The notes under the pieces are model-generated. The model saw nothing but the letters and a program-made list of their open reading frames with translations, was not told the origin of the DNA and did not search any database. Below are positions 16,600 through 23,267 of a stretch of 64,000 nt of DNA, in pieces (the stretch's first letter is position 1; each line of letters begins with the position of its first letter). A program made the position numbers and the translations under genes. Source of the stretch: an uncultured Christensenella sp. (lineage in GTDB: Bacteria > Bacillota > Clostridia > Christensenellales > CAG-138); the NCBI GenBank assembly GCA_964426415.1, contig CAYRQM010000003.1, positions 9,935 through 73,934 on the forward strand. Reading direction: 5' to 3'.

Positions 16600-16724
16600 A
16601 ATGCCGGCAGGCATTTCACATGGCAAAGCCATATTTCACTTGCAAAGCAAATTTCACTAATCCCGCAGGGAATAATTTCGCTGAAAAACGCACCCTTGTC
16701 CTATGGACAAAGATGCGTTATTCT
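16600..16724. repeat. Conserved tRNA-trailer module: hairpin, 4 x ATTTC(A/G)C iterations, terminator
   Basis: Architecture and core sequence are shared with 22998-23121. ATTTCAC-like boxes at 16613, 16633, 16651 and 16675. Confidence 0.6.
16684..16716 (-). terminator. Terminator of tRNA-Pro
   Basis: Minus strand: GCATCTTTGTCC-ata-GGACAAGGGTGC followed by GTTTTTCAG. Directly after the tRNA 3' end. Confidence 0.65.
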
Positions 16725-16801
16725 TGGTCTGGGTGAGAAGATTTGAACTTCCGGCCTCTTGAACCCCATTCAAGCACGCTACCAAACTGCGCTACACCCA
16801 G
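16725..16801 (-). tRNA. tRNA-Pro (anticodon GGG)
   Basis: Hand-folded cloverleaf. Acceptor CTGGGTG/CACCCAG, D stem GCGC/GCGT, anticodon stem CTTGA/TCAAG with loop ATGGGGT, T arm GGAAG-TTCAAAT-CTTCT, encoded CCA. Confidence 0.9.
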
Positions 16802-16873
16802 AGATCGGAACCGAGTGTTATATTACCATTCACGACCGCATTTGTCAAGCAAAAGAAATCGCAAATTGAAAAA

Positions 16874-17998
16874 TTATGCCAGTGCGCGAATCGCCTGCAC
16901 CATCGCGTCCACCTCCTGTTCCGTGGTGGCAGGGGAGAAGCTGAATCGCACCGTCCCTTGCGGAAACGTCCCAAACGCCTTGTGCGCATCCGGTGCGCAG
17001 TGCAGCCCGCACCGCGTCAGAATCCCGTATTCCGTTGCCAGCTTGTCCGCCGCTTCCGCGTTATCGCGGCGCACAAAATCCAAAGAAAACACGCCGACTC
17101 GCGCCGTAGGCTCGGTCGTTCCCAAAAGGCGCACCTGCTTCACATCCGCAATCCCTTGCAAGAAACGACTGCAAAGCGCAATCTCGTGCGCACGGTTCTT
17201 TGCGGGCTGAAAGTCGTCCAATGCGGCGCCCAAGCCGTAGATGGCGGGCAGATTGAGCGTGCCCGCTTCAAACCGATCGGGCAAAAAGCGCGGCACTTCT
17301 TCGCTGTAGGAAAGCGAGCCTGTCCCGCCGACGAGCAGCGGCGTCAACTGCTTTGCAAACGCATCCGAGAGCAGCAGAAGGCCCAGCCCCTGCGCGGCGC
17401 GCAAACCCTTGTGCGCTGGCATACAGAGGGCGGCAAGCCCAAATTCCTGCATGTTGAATGCGAAATGTCCTGCCGTTTGCGCGGCGTCCAGCACCACGGG
17501 CGTCCCATACGGGCGCAGCTTCGCCATCAGCGCTTCGATGGGCTGCATGACGCCGCTTACGTTGGAAGCGTGGGTCACAATGCACAGCTTGACACGCTCC
17601 AAGGCACGCGGAAAATGCACCAAATCCATCGTGCCGTCCGCATTGGCGGGAATGCGCAGAATCTTCGCCCCAACCTGCACCAAAGGCCGAATCACCGAAT
17701 TGTGTTCGAACGAGCTGACCAGCACGACGTCGCCGGCGCCCACAAAACCCTTGATTGACATATTCAGAGACTGCGTCATGCCGCCCGTAAAGATCACATG
17801 CTTGGGGTCGCAGCCAAACAGCACGCCCAGCCGTTCCCGAATCGACAGCACCGTTTCGCCCGCATCCGCAGACGCGGCATAGCTGCTGCGCCCCACGTTC
17901 ATGCAAACGCAATCCAAGTATCGCTTCATCGCGTCGGATACGCCATCCGCCTTGGGGAAGGACGTCGCCGCATTGTCCGCATAAATTTCCTGTAACAT
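16874..17998 (-). CDS. Class V aminotransferase-fold PLP enzyme (cysteine desulfurase / selenocysteine lyase-like)
   Basis: 374 aa. N-terminus [30 protein letters not shown] and MPAHKGL (putative PLP-Lys region). Divergent from yedE. Confidence 0.85.
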   Translation of the reverse strand: MLQEIYADNAATSFPKADGVSDAMKRYLDCVCMNVGRSSYAASADAGETVLSIRERLGVLFGCDPKHVIFTGGMTQSLNMSIKGFVGAGDVVLVSSFEHNSVIRPLVQVGAKILRIPANADGTMDLVHFPRALERVKLCIVTHASNVSGVMQPIEALMAKLRPYGTPVVLDAAQTAGHFAFNMQEFGLAALCMPAHKGLRAAQGLGLLLLSDAFAKQLTPLLVGGTGSLSYSEEVPRFLPDRFEAGTLNLPAIYGLGAALDDFQPAKNRAHEIALCSRFLQGIADVKQVRLLGTTEPTARVGVFSLDFVRRDNAEAADKLATEYGILTRCGLHCAPDAHKAFGTFPQGTVRFSFSPATTEQEVDAMVQAIRALA

Positions 17999-18002
17999 TT
18001 TT

Positions 18003-18078
18003 CGTTATCCTCTCTTGCAAATAACGTCTACTTATGGTATTATACCACCAGAGCGTTATTCTTGCAACATGATAACGC
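18003..18078. promoter_or_regulatory. Two-fold symmetric divergent promoter pair with two inverted repeats
   Basis: Plus: TTGCAA (18015-20), 17 nt, TATTAT (18038-43). Minus: TTGCAA (18062-67), 17 nt, TATAAT (complement of 18039-44). Each -35 lies inside an inverted repeat: CGTTAT...ATAACG (18003-18026) and GCGTTAT...ATAACGC (18053-18078). Confidence 0.55.
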
Positions 18079-18096
18079 AAATTAAGGAGGTTGAGT

Positions 18097-19230
18097 ATGG
18101 AACAAAAGAAAAGCAAGCGCATTTGGGGATGGCTTGCGATCATCCTGACGGGCGTTTGCGTAGGCGTTGCGGCGGTTGTGCTGAGCGCCAACGGGAATCC
18201 TGCAAACATGGGGTTCTGCATCGCATGTTTCCTGCGTGACATCGCAGGCGCACTGAAGCTGCAAACGGCTGCAAACGGCGACGGCGCAACGATTCTGTCG
18301 TATCTGCGTCCTGAGATCATGGGCTTGGTGCTCGGCGCAACGATCCTCTCGCTGATCCGCAAAGAGTTCAGACCGCAGGGCGGTTCATCTCCGTTCACAC
18401 GGTTCTTTGTGGCGATTTTCGTGATGATTGGCGCATTGGTATTCCTTGGCTGCCCGCTGCGCATGGTCATCCGCATCGGCAGCGGCGATTTGAACGCGCT
18501 GTTCGGACTTTTGGGCTTTGTCATTGGCATTGCGATTGGCATTCTGTTCCTCAAGCTTGGGTTCTCCTTTGGCAGAGCGCACAAGCAGAGCATGGCGGAG
18601 GGCTTGCTGTTCCCGATTCTGATGGTGGCACTGTTGTTCTTCGCGTTTGGCATTTCGCAAAACTGGTTTGGAATGGCGAGTCTGTTCGGCGTCAGCACGG
18701 CGGGCCCCGGTTCCAAGTTCGCGCCCATTCTGCTTTCGCTCGCCATTGCACTCGTGATTGGCGCGCTGTGCCAAAATTCGCGGCTTTGCATGGTGGGCGG
18801 CATTCGTGACGCGTTCCTGTTCCGCGATTTTCATCTTCTGTCCGGTTTTGCCGCGATTCTGGTCACCGTATTCCTCGGCAACGTCATTCTCAAGGGTACG
18901 GCAAACTTCTTCTCGTTCCCGGCGGCAGGCAATACGGTCATCTCCAATCCCGAAAATCTTTACAACGTATTGGGCATGATCTTGGTTGGCTGGGGTTCCG
19001 TCATGCTGGGCGGCTGCCCGCTGCGTCAGCTCATTCTGGCGGGCGAGGGCAACACCGACTCCGCAATCACCGTGGTCGGCATGATCGTGGGCGCAGGGCT
19101 TGCGCACAACTTCAAGCTGGCTTCCGGCGCCGACGGCATCGGCAAAGGCCCCGTCTTGACGGTAATCATCGTCGGGTTTGTGGCGTTTGCACTCATCTCT
19201 ATTCTGAATTTGCAAAGAAAGAAGGCATAA
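18097..19230 (+). CDS. yedE: YedE/YeeE family membrane protein (putative selenium/sulfur compound transporter)
   Basis: About 377 aa polytopic membrane protein with paired GCP(L)R motifs (FLGCPLRM, LGGCPLRQL) typical of YeeE/YedE. Start at ATG 18097 after AAGGAGG. Confidence 0.85.
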   Translation: MEQKKSKRIWGWLAIILTGVCVGVAAVVLSANGNPANMGFCIACFLRDIAGALKLQTAANGDGATILSYLRPEIMGLVLGATILSLIRKEFRPQGGSSPFTRFFVAIFVMIGALVFLGCPLRMVIRIGSGDLNALFGLLGFVIGIAIGILFLKLGFSFGRAHKQSMAEGLLFPILMVALLFFAFGISQNWFGMASLFGVSTAGPGSKFAPILLSLAIALVIGALCQNSRLCMVGGIRDAFLFRDFHLLSGFAAILVTVFLGNVILKGTANFFSFPAAGNTVISNPENLYNVLGMILVGWGSVMLGGCPLRQLILAGEGNTDSAITVVGMIVGAGLAHNFKLASGADGIGKGPVLTVIIVGFVAFALISILNLQRKKA

Positions 19231-19232
19231 CC

Positions 19233-19436
19233 ATGGTAGACGCAAGAGGCTTTAGCTGTCCGATGCCCGTATTGATGGTGCAAAAAGAAATCAAAAAGAA
19301 CGCACCGTCCACACTGGATGTGACCGTAGACAACATGACGGCGGTGCAGAACATCACCCGTTATGCGTCGTCGCAAAACTACGCGGTCGCAGTACAAGAA
19401 AACGATGGAGAATTCGTCCTCACGTTGACCAAATGA
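19233..19436 (+). CDS. yedF: TusA/SirA-like sulfurtransferase (YedF-like)
   Basis: 67 aa with the CPMP (CPxP) active-site motif near the N-terminus. Immediately after yedE. Confidence 0.8.
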   Translation: MVDARGFSCPMPVLMVQKEIKKNAPSTLDVTVDNMTAVQNITRYASSQNYAVAVQENDGEFVLTLTK

Positions 19437-19669
19437 AGTACGTTGCCACATTTTACACCCACGTCGCCGCGATGATGACCCATCGCGCCATGCAAAAGGC
19501 AGGCGTACCCGCAAGGCTTGCGCCTGTCCCACGGATGCTTTCCTCCAGCTGCGGCACCTGCGTGCTGTACGAAGCGGAACATCCGTGCGAAGCGCTGCTT
19601 GACACCGATGTCGAGCAGGTGGCAAGGTGTGACGGCGAAACATACACCATTCTGAAGCGAAACGATTGA
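19433..19669 (+). CDS. DUF3343-like putative Se/S carrier protein
   Basis: 78 aa with PVPRMLSSSCGTC, the motif I associate with DUF3343. ATGA overlap with yedF. Confidence 0.75.
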   Translation: MKYVATFYTHVAAMMTHRAMQKAGVPARLAPVPRMLSSSCGTCVLYEAEHPCEALLDTDVEQVARCDGETYTILKRND

Positions 19670-19675
19670 TCAAGC

Positions 19676-19702
19676 AAAAACGGCGGCATGTCCGCCGTTT
19701 TT
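19676..19702 (+). terminator. Rho-independent terminator after the yedE operon (left copy of the duplicated hairpin)
   Basis: AAAAACGGCGG-catgt-CCGCCGTTTTT. Confidence 0.75.
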
Positions 19703-19767
19703 GCGCATTGCGAGAACACCCGCGTACACGATTATTGTGGAAGGATCGCAAAAAACACCCGCATTTT

Positions 19768-19795
19768 GTAGGGGCGGATACCATCCGGCAGCCCG
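19768..19795. repeat. TGTAGGGGCGGAT...ATCCG palindromic REP-like unit
   Basis: tgtaggggcggataccatccggcagccc. Related units occur at 43449-43467 (perfect GGGCGGATA-t-TATCCGCCC), at 43499-43521, and in degenerate form near 16419. Confidence 0.6.
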
Positions 19796-19844
19796 TGTTT
19801 GCGCACACGTTTTTCGGAAAAGGCATGCGATTTTTGCGCCCTCT

Positions 19845-20222
19845 GCCATCCTGAGGCAAAGCCGAAGGATCTCGCGCTTACACGAAAGATTCTTCCTCGC
19901 TTCGCTTCGTCAGAATGACAACGCGGTGCGGCGACGAGGCTTGCGAGGACGCTCTGAGAACCAAAAAGGCGGCGAAGATGTCATTACAAGAATTCCTTCA
20001 TTTCTTCATTCCCATCTGTCATCCTGAGGCAAAGTCGAAGGATCTCGCGCTTGCACGAAAGATTCTTCCTCGCTTCGCTTCGTCAGAATGACAACGCGGT
20101 GCGGCGACGAGGCTTGCGAGGACGCTCTGAGAACCAAAAAGGCGGCGAAGATGTCATTACAATACTTCCTTCATTTCTTCATTCCCGTCTGTCATCCTGA
20201 TGCAAAACCGAAGGATCTTGAA
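19845..20222. repeat. Tandem direct repeat, period 173 bp, about 2.2 copies
   Basis: Copies start at 19845, 20018 and 20191 (the last is truncated after about 30 nt). Copies 1 and 2 differ at about 6 of 173 positions. Each unit is the 75-nt hairpin element plus a 98-nt spacer. Confidence 0.85.
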
Positions 20223-20244
20223 CGTTCGCAGGATAACAACGGAG

Positions 20245-20269
20245 AAACGGCGGTATGTCCGCCGTTTTT
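20245..20269 (+). terminator. Second copy of the yedE-operon terminator hairpin
   Basis: AAACGGCGG-tatgt-CCGCCGTTTTT. 30 of 31 nt identical to 19678-19708. Confidence 0.6.
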
Positions 20270-20295
20270 GCGCATAAATATATTCTTGCGGACAG

Positions 20296-20324
20296 TTGAA
20301 ATCCGATGTGCGAAGGAGTAGAAT
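20296..20324 (+). promoter_or_regulatory. Candidate promoter of the AGCS symporter gene
   Basis: TTGAAA, 17 nt, TAGAAT. GGAGGGG SD precedes ATG 20355. Confidence 0.5.
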
Positions 20325-20354
20325 TTAGCTGTAATTCATACGGAGGGGTGCGGG

Positions 20355-21833
20355 ATGCAAGCGGTAACGAAAATCATCACTTGGATCAACGACAATATCA
20401 CGTGGGGGATTCCTATGCTGGTGCTCATGATCGGCACCGGCATCTTTTTGTCCATTCGGCTCAAGTTTTTGCAGTTCACCAAGGTGCGCCATATCCTGCG
20501 CTGCACGGTGGGTCGGATGTTCTATCGCAAGGGCGATTCACACGGCGCCGTATCTCCGTTTCAGGCGATGTGTACCGCGTTGGCGGCGACCATCGGAACG
20601 GGCAGCATCGCGGGCGTAGCGGGCGCCATTGCACTGGGCGGCCCCGGCGCCGTCTTTTGGATGTGGATTTCTGCGCTTGTGGGCATGATAACCAAGTTCT
20701 GCGAGGTCACGCTTGCCGTCCATTTTCGTGAACGCAACGCAAAGGGTGACTGGGTGGGCGGCCCCATGTACTACATCAAAAACGGGCTTGGCAAGAATTG
20801 GCAGTTTCTTGCCGTGCTGTTTTCGCTGTTTGGCGCGTTCGCCGCATTCGGCATCGGCAACATCGTGCAGTCCAACCAAATTACCGTCTCCATTTTGCAG
20901 ACATGCAAGAGCTTTGGCGTCGCGGATGAAAACATCCTGCGCTACATCGGCTACGGCGTGGCAGCCGTCATCACCATCATCACCGCACTGGTTCTGATGG
21001 GCGGCATCAAGCGCATCGGCAGCGTGACGGAACGGCTTGTGCCCATCATGAGCATCCTGTACATCTTGGTCATGCTGGTGGTCGTGCTTGCCAATCTGCG
21101 CGTCATCGGAAAAGTATTCGAAAGCATCTTCGTCGGCGCCTTCACGCCGCGGGCATTTACGGGCGGCGTTGCGGGGATCACCATCTTTTCCGCCATGAAA
21201 AACGGCGTCGGGCGCGGCGTGTTCTCCAACGAAGCGGGGCTCGGCTCTGCACCGATTGCGCACGCGGCTTCCAACACCGACTCGCCCGTCAAACAGGGCT
21301 TCTTCGGCGTGGTGGAGGTATTCTTTGTCACCATCGTCATCTGCACCATGACCGCGCTGACCATTCTGTCGCCGTCGTTCAGCCATCCCGAGCTGTTCTC
21401 GATCCCGTGGGGGACGGCAGCGGACGCCCAGCTTACGATGCAGGCAGCTTCTACGGTGTTCGATTCGCGCATTGCTGCGCTGCTCATTTCGGTGGCTTTG
21501 GCGCTGTTCGCGCTGTCCACCATCCTGTCTTGGGGGCTGTACGGCGTGCGCTGCATGGAATATCTGCTTGGATCCAAGTCAATCATCCCGTACAAAATTG
21601 TGTTTTGCCTGCTGCTGCCCGTCGGCGCAATCGTGCAAAACTCCGCATTCGTGTGGGGACTTGCCAACCTGCTCAATTCCCTCATGGCAATTCCCAATCT
21701 GATTGCACTGCTGCTGCTTTCGGGCGTTGTGGTGCGGCTGGTCAAAAATTACTTCATCTTTCAAAACAGCATTCGCATGCTCAAGGGCAAAGAGCCGCGC
21801 AAGCGCGCCAACCTACGATTTTACGATGGCTGA
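20355..21833 (+). CDS. Alanine/glycine:cation symporter (AGCS family)
   Basis: 492 aa polytopic protein. N-terminus ...WINDNITWGIPMLVLMIGTGIFLS and motif TIGTGSIAGVAGAI are typical of sodium:alanine symporters. Confidence 0.9.
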   Translation: MQAVTKIITWINDNITWGIPMLVLMIGTGIFLSIRLKFLQFTKVRHILRCTVGRMFYRKGDSHGAVSPFQAMCTALAATIGTGSIAGVAGAIALGGPGAVFWMWISALVGMITKFCEVTLAVHFRERNAKGDWVGGPMYYIKNGLGKNWQFLAVLFSLFGAFAAFGIGNIVQSNQITVSILQTCKSFGVADENILRYIGYGVAAVITIITALVLMGGIKRIGSVTERLVPIMSILYILVMLVVVLANLRVIGKVFESIFVGAFTPRAFTGGVAGITIFSAMKNGVGRGVFSNEAGLGSAPIAHAASNTDSPVKQGFFGVVEVFFVTIVICTMTALTILSPSFSHPELFSIPWGTAADAQLTMQAASTVFDSRIAALLISVALALFALSTILSWGLYGVRCMEYLLGSKSIIPYKIVFCLLLPVGAIVQNSAFVWGLANLLNSLMAIPNLIALLLLSGVVVRLVKNYFIFQNSIRMLKGKEPRKRANLRFYDG

Positions 21834-21843
21834 TCCAAACAAA

Positions 21844-21877
21844 AGCGCCCCCCAATTCGGAGGGCGCTATACTTTTG
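21844..21877. terminator. Hairpin terminator between the convergent symporter and membrane-protein genes
   Basis: AGCGCCC, loop, GGGCGCT followed by ATACTTTTGGG, with an A-run on the other side. Confidence 0.55.
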
Positions 21878-21880
21878 GGT

Positions 21881-22414
21881 TTATGCCTTTTTTAGCTTTT
21901 TGACTTGATCGGCGTTGAGATATGCACGCAGAACCTTGCGGAGCTGTGCGTCGTCGGCTTGGGTCAACTGCTTTTTCGGAATGGTGTATGCGAAATCGTC
22001 CTTCATAAAGAGATAGAACGCAAACGGCGTTTCCTCGGCGCGGAGGATGTATTTGTATTTGGAAACGTTCGTGCCCGTTTGGGTGGTGGCGGTGATGCTG
22101 TCCTTGTCGAAGACCAAGTCCTGTCGGAAGGTGTACAGCGTGCCCTTCTTGTAGAGTTTGTTGAGACGGAACGTGACCTTGAACAGGAGAATATAGACGT
22201 TCCAAAGAATCAGCCCCAAAAGCCCCGTCAACGCGCCATACAGCAGCGCGTAGCCGATGGGATGCTGCATAAGGAAGCGAAGCAGCAGCGTGACCAGCGC
22301 GAACACGACCGCGAATACAAAGATGCAAGTGAGGATGTGCTGCTTTTTGATGACGTGCAGGTTGAACAGAAAATTGTCCTTTTTGGTGACTTGAACGCTC
22401 TTACGAAATTCCAT
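21881..22414 (-). CDS. Hypothetical membrane protein (YcxB-like)
   Basis: 177 aa. Two central TM helices followed by a soluble C-domain. The family call is tentative. Confidence 0.5.
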   Translation of the reverse strand: MEFRKSVQVTKKDNFLFNLHVIKKQHILTCIFVFAVVFALVTLLLRFLMQHPIGYALLYGALTGLLGLILWNVYILLFKVTFRLNKLYKKGTLYTFRQDLVFDKDSITATTQTGTNVSKYKYILRAEETPFAFYLFMKDDFAYTIPKKQLTQADDAQLRKVLRAYLNADQVKKLKKA

Positions 22415-22488
22415 AGACGCCTCCTACCCTTAATGTGGATAGTATAACAGATTCCGCAACCGGTGTAAAGCATGCATTCCTGCAAAAA

Positions 22489-22884
22489 CTACTTCAATTC
22501 CTGCTTGGACTTTGCGTTGGTCTTTTCAAGGAAACGTGCGCTGCCGATGATGAATCGTTCGTGAGATGCGCGGGCAACGACGCCCTCTTCGTCAAAGGCG
22601 GTGATGTCAAATGCCAGCTTGCGCCCTTCTATGCAGAACAGCGTACTTTCGCAGCGCACCGCCATGCCAATCGGCGTCGCCGCCTCGTGGGAAATATCCA
22701 TGCGGGTGCCGACAGTGCTTTCGCCGTCGTTCAAAAAGGGCTGCACGCTTGTCCACGCCGCTTGCTCCATCCAAGCCACCAGCTTGGGCGTCGCCAAAAC
22801 GTCCAACGAGCCGCTGCCTTGCGCCAGTGCCGTATCCTGTGGCGTTACCGTGTGTGCCGACTGTCCCTTGACGCCAATTTCCAT
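22489..22884 (-). CDS. Hotdog-fold thioesterase (FlK-like family)
   Basis: 131 aa. GSGSLDVLATP.LVAWME...VGT..DISH.AATP.G pattern of small hotdog thioesterases. Own promoter TTGACG-17-TAAACT upstream. Confidence 0.7.
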   Translation of the reverse strand: MEIGVKGQSAHTVTPQDTALAQGSGSLDVLATPKLVAWMEQAAWTSVQPFLNDGESTVGTRMDISHEAATPIGMAVRCESTLFCIEGRKLAFDITAFDEEGVVARASHERFIIGSARFLEKTNAKSKQELK

Positions 22885-22997
22885 TTCCGTTCCTTCTTTC
22901 TATATGTTTCTGCGCACAGTTTACCCGATTGCGGATTGCGCGTCAAGCGGTTTGCGGAGGGGGAAGGGGAGTTTCTGCGGTATGAGATATTCCTGTT

Positions 22998-23121
22998 ATG
23001 TGCCGCGGCACATTTCATGGCGCAGCTATTTCATGCGCCGCAGGCAAATTTTACAAATCACACAAGGGATTTATTTCACTGAAAAACGCACCCTTGTCCA
23101 TCGGACAAAGATGCATTTTTC
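22998..23121. repeat. Conserved tRNA-trailer module (second copy)
   Basis: Palindrome ATGTGCCGCGGCACAT. ATTT(C/T)A(C/T) boxes at 23012, 23028, 23048 and 23073. The core ctgaaaaacgcacccttgtcc...ggacaaagatgc is identical to that in the 16600-16724 copy. Confidence 0.6.
23082..23114 (-). terminator. Terminator of tRNA-Ala
   Basis: Minus strand: GCATCTTTGTCC-gat-GGACAAGGGTGC followed by GTTTTTCAG. Confidence 0.65.
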
Positions 23122-23198
23122 TGGTGGAGCTTAGGGGATTCGAACCCCTGATCTCTACACTGCCAGTGTAGCGCGATAGCCAACTTCGCTAAAGCCCC
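23122..23198 (-). tRNA. tRNA-Ala (anticodon GGC)
   Basis: Hand-folded. Acceptor GGGGCTT/AAGCTCC with the G3:U70 Ala identity pair, D stem GCGA/TCGC, anticodon loop CTGGCAG, T arm AGGGG-TTCGAAT-CCCCT, encoded CCA. Confidence 0.92.
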
Positions 23199-23267
23199 GA
23201 ACAACTGGTATTATACGACATCCGTTTCAAATTGTAAAGACTTTTTTGTTGGGATTGTATCAGATTT

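Noticed and set aside
19845-20222. The 173-bp periodic array as a CRISPR array.
   Set aside because: The period is far too long. The inter-repeat segments are themselves nearly identical, so there are no unique spacers. There are only 2.2 units, and no cas genes occur in the window.
19701-20321. ORFs 19701-20027 (108 aa) and 20088-20321 (77 aa) as protein genes.
   Set aside because: They are read straight through the palindromic and tandem repeats (for example FCRGGYHPAARV from TGTAGGGGCGGAT...). They lack an SD, and their sequence is duplicated with the 173-bp period.
20276-20354. A glycine riboswitch upstream of the AGCS symporter, and an SAH riboswitch upstream of ahcY (57844-57923).
   Set aside because: The leaders are only about 30 nt from the predicted -10 boxes to the start codons. 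The characteristic conserved cores are not visible by eye.
16600-23198. A genomic island bounded by the two tRNA genes and their shared 125-bp direct repeats.
   Set aside because: The repeats are trailers of two different tRNAs rather than a duplicated tRNA 3' end (att). No integrase or mobility gene lies between them, and composition looks uniform with the flanks.
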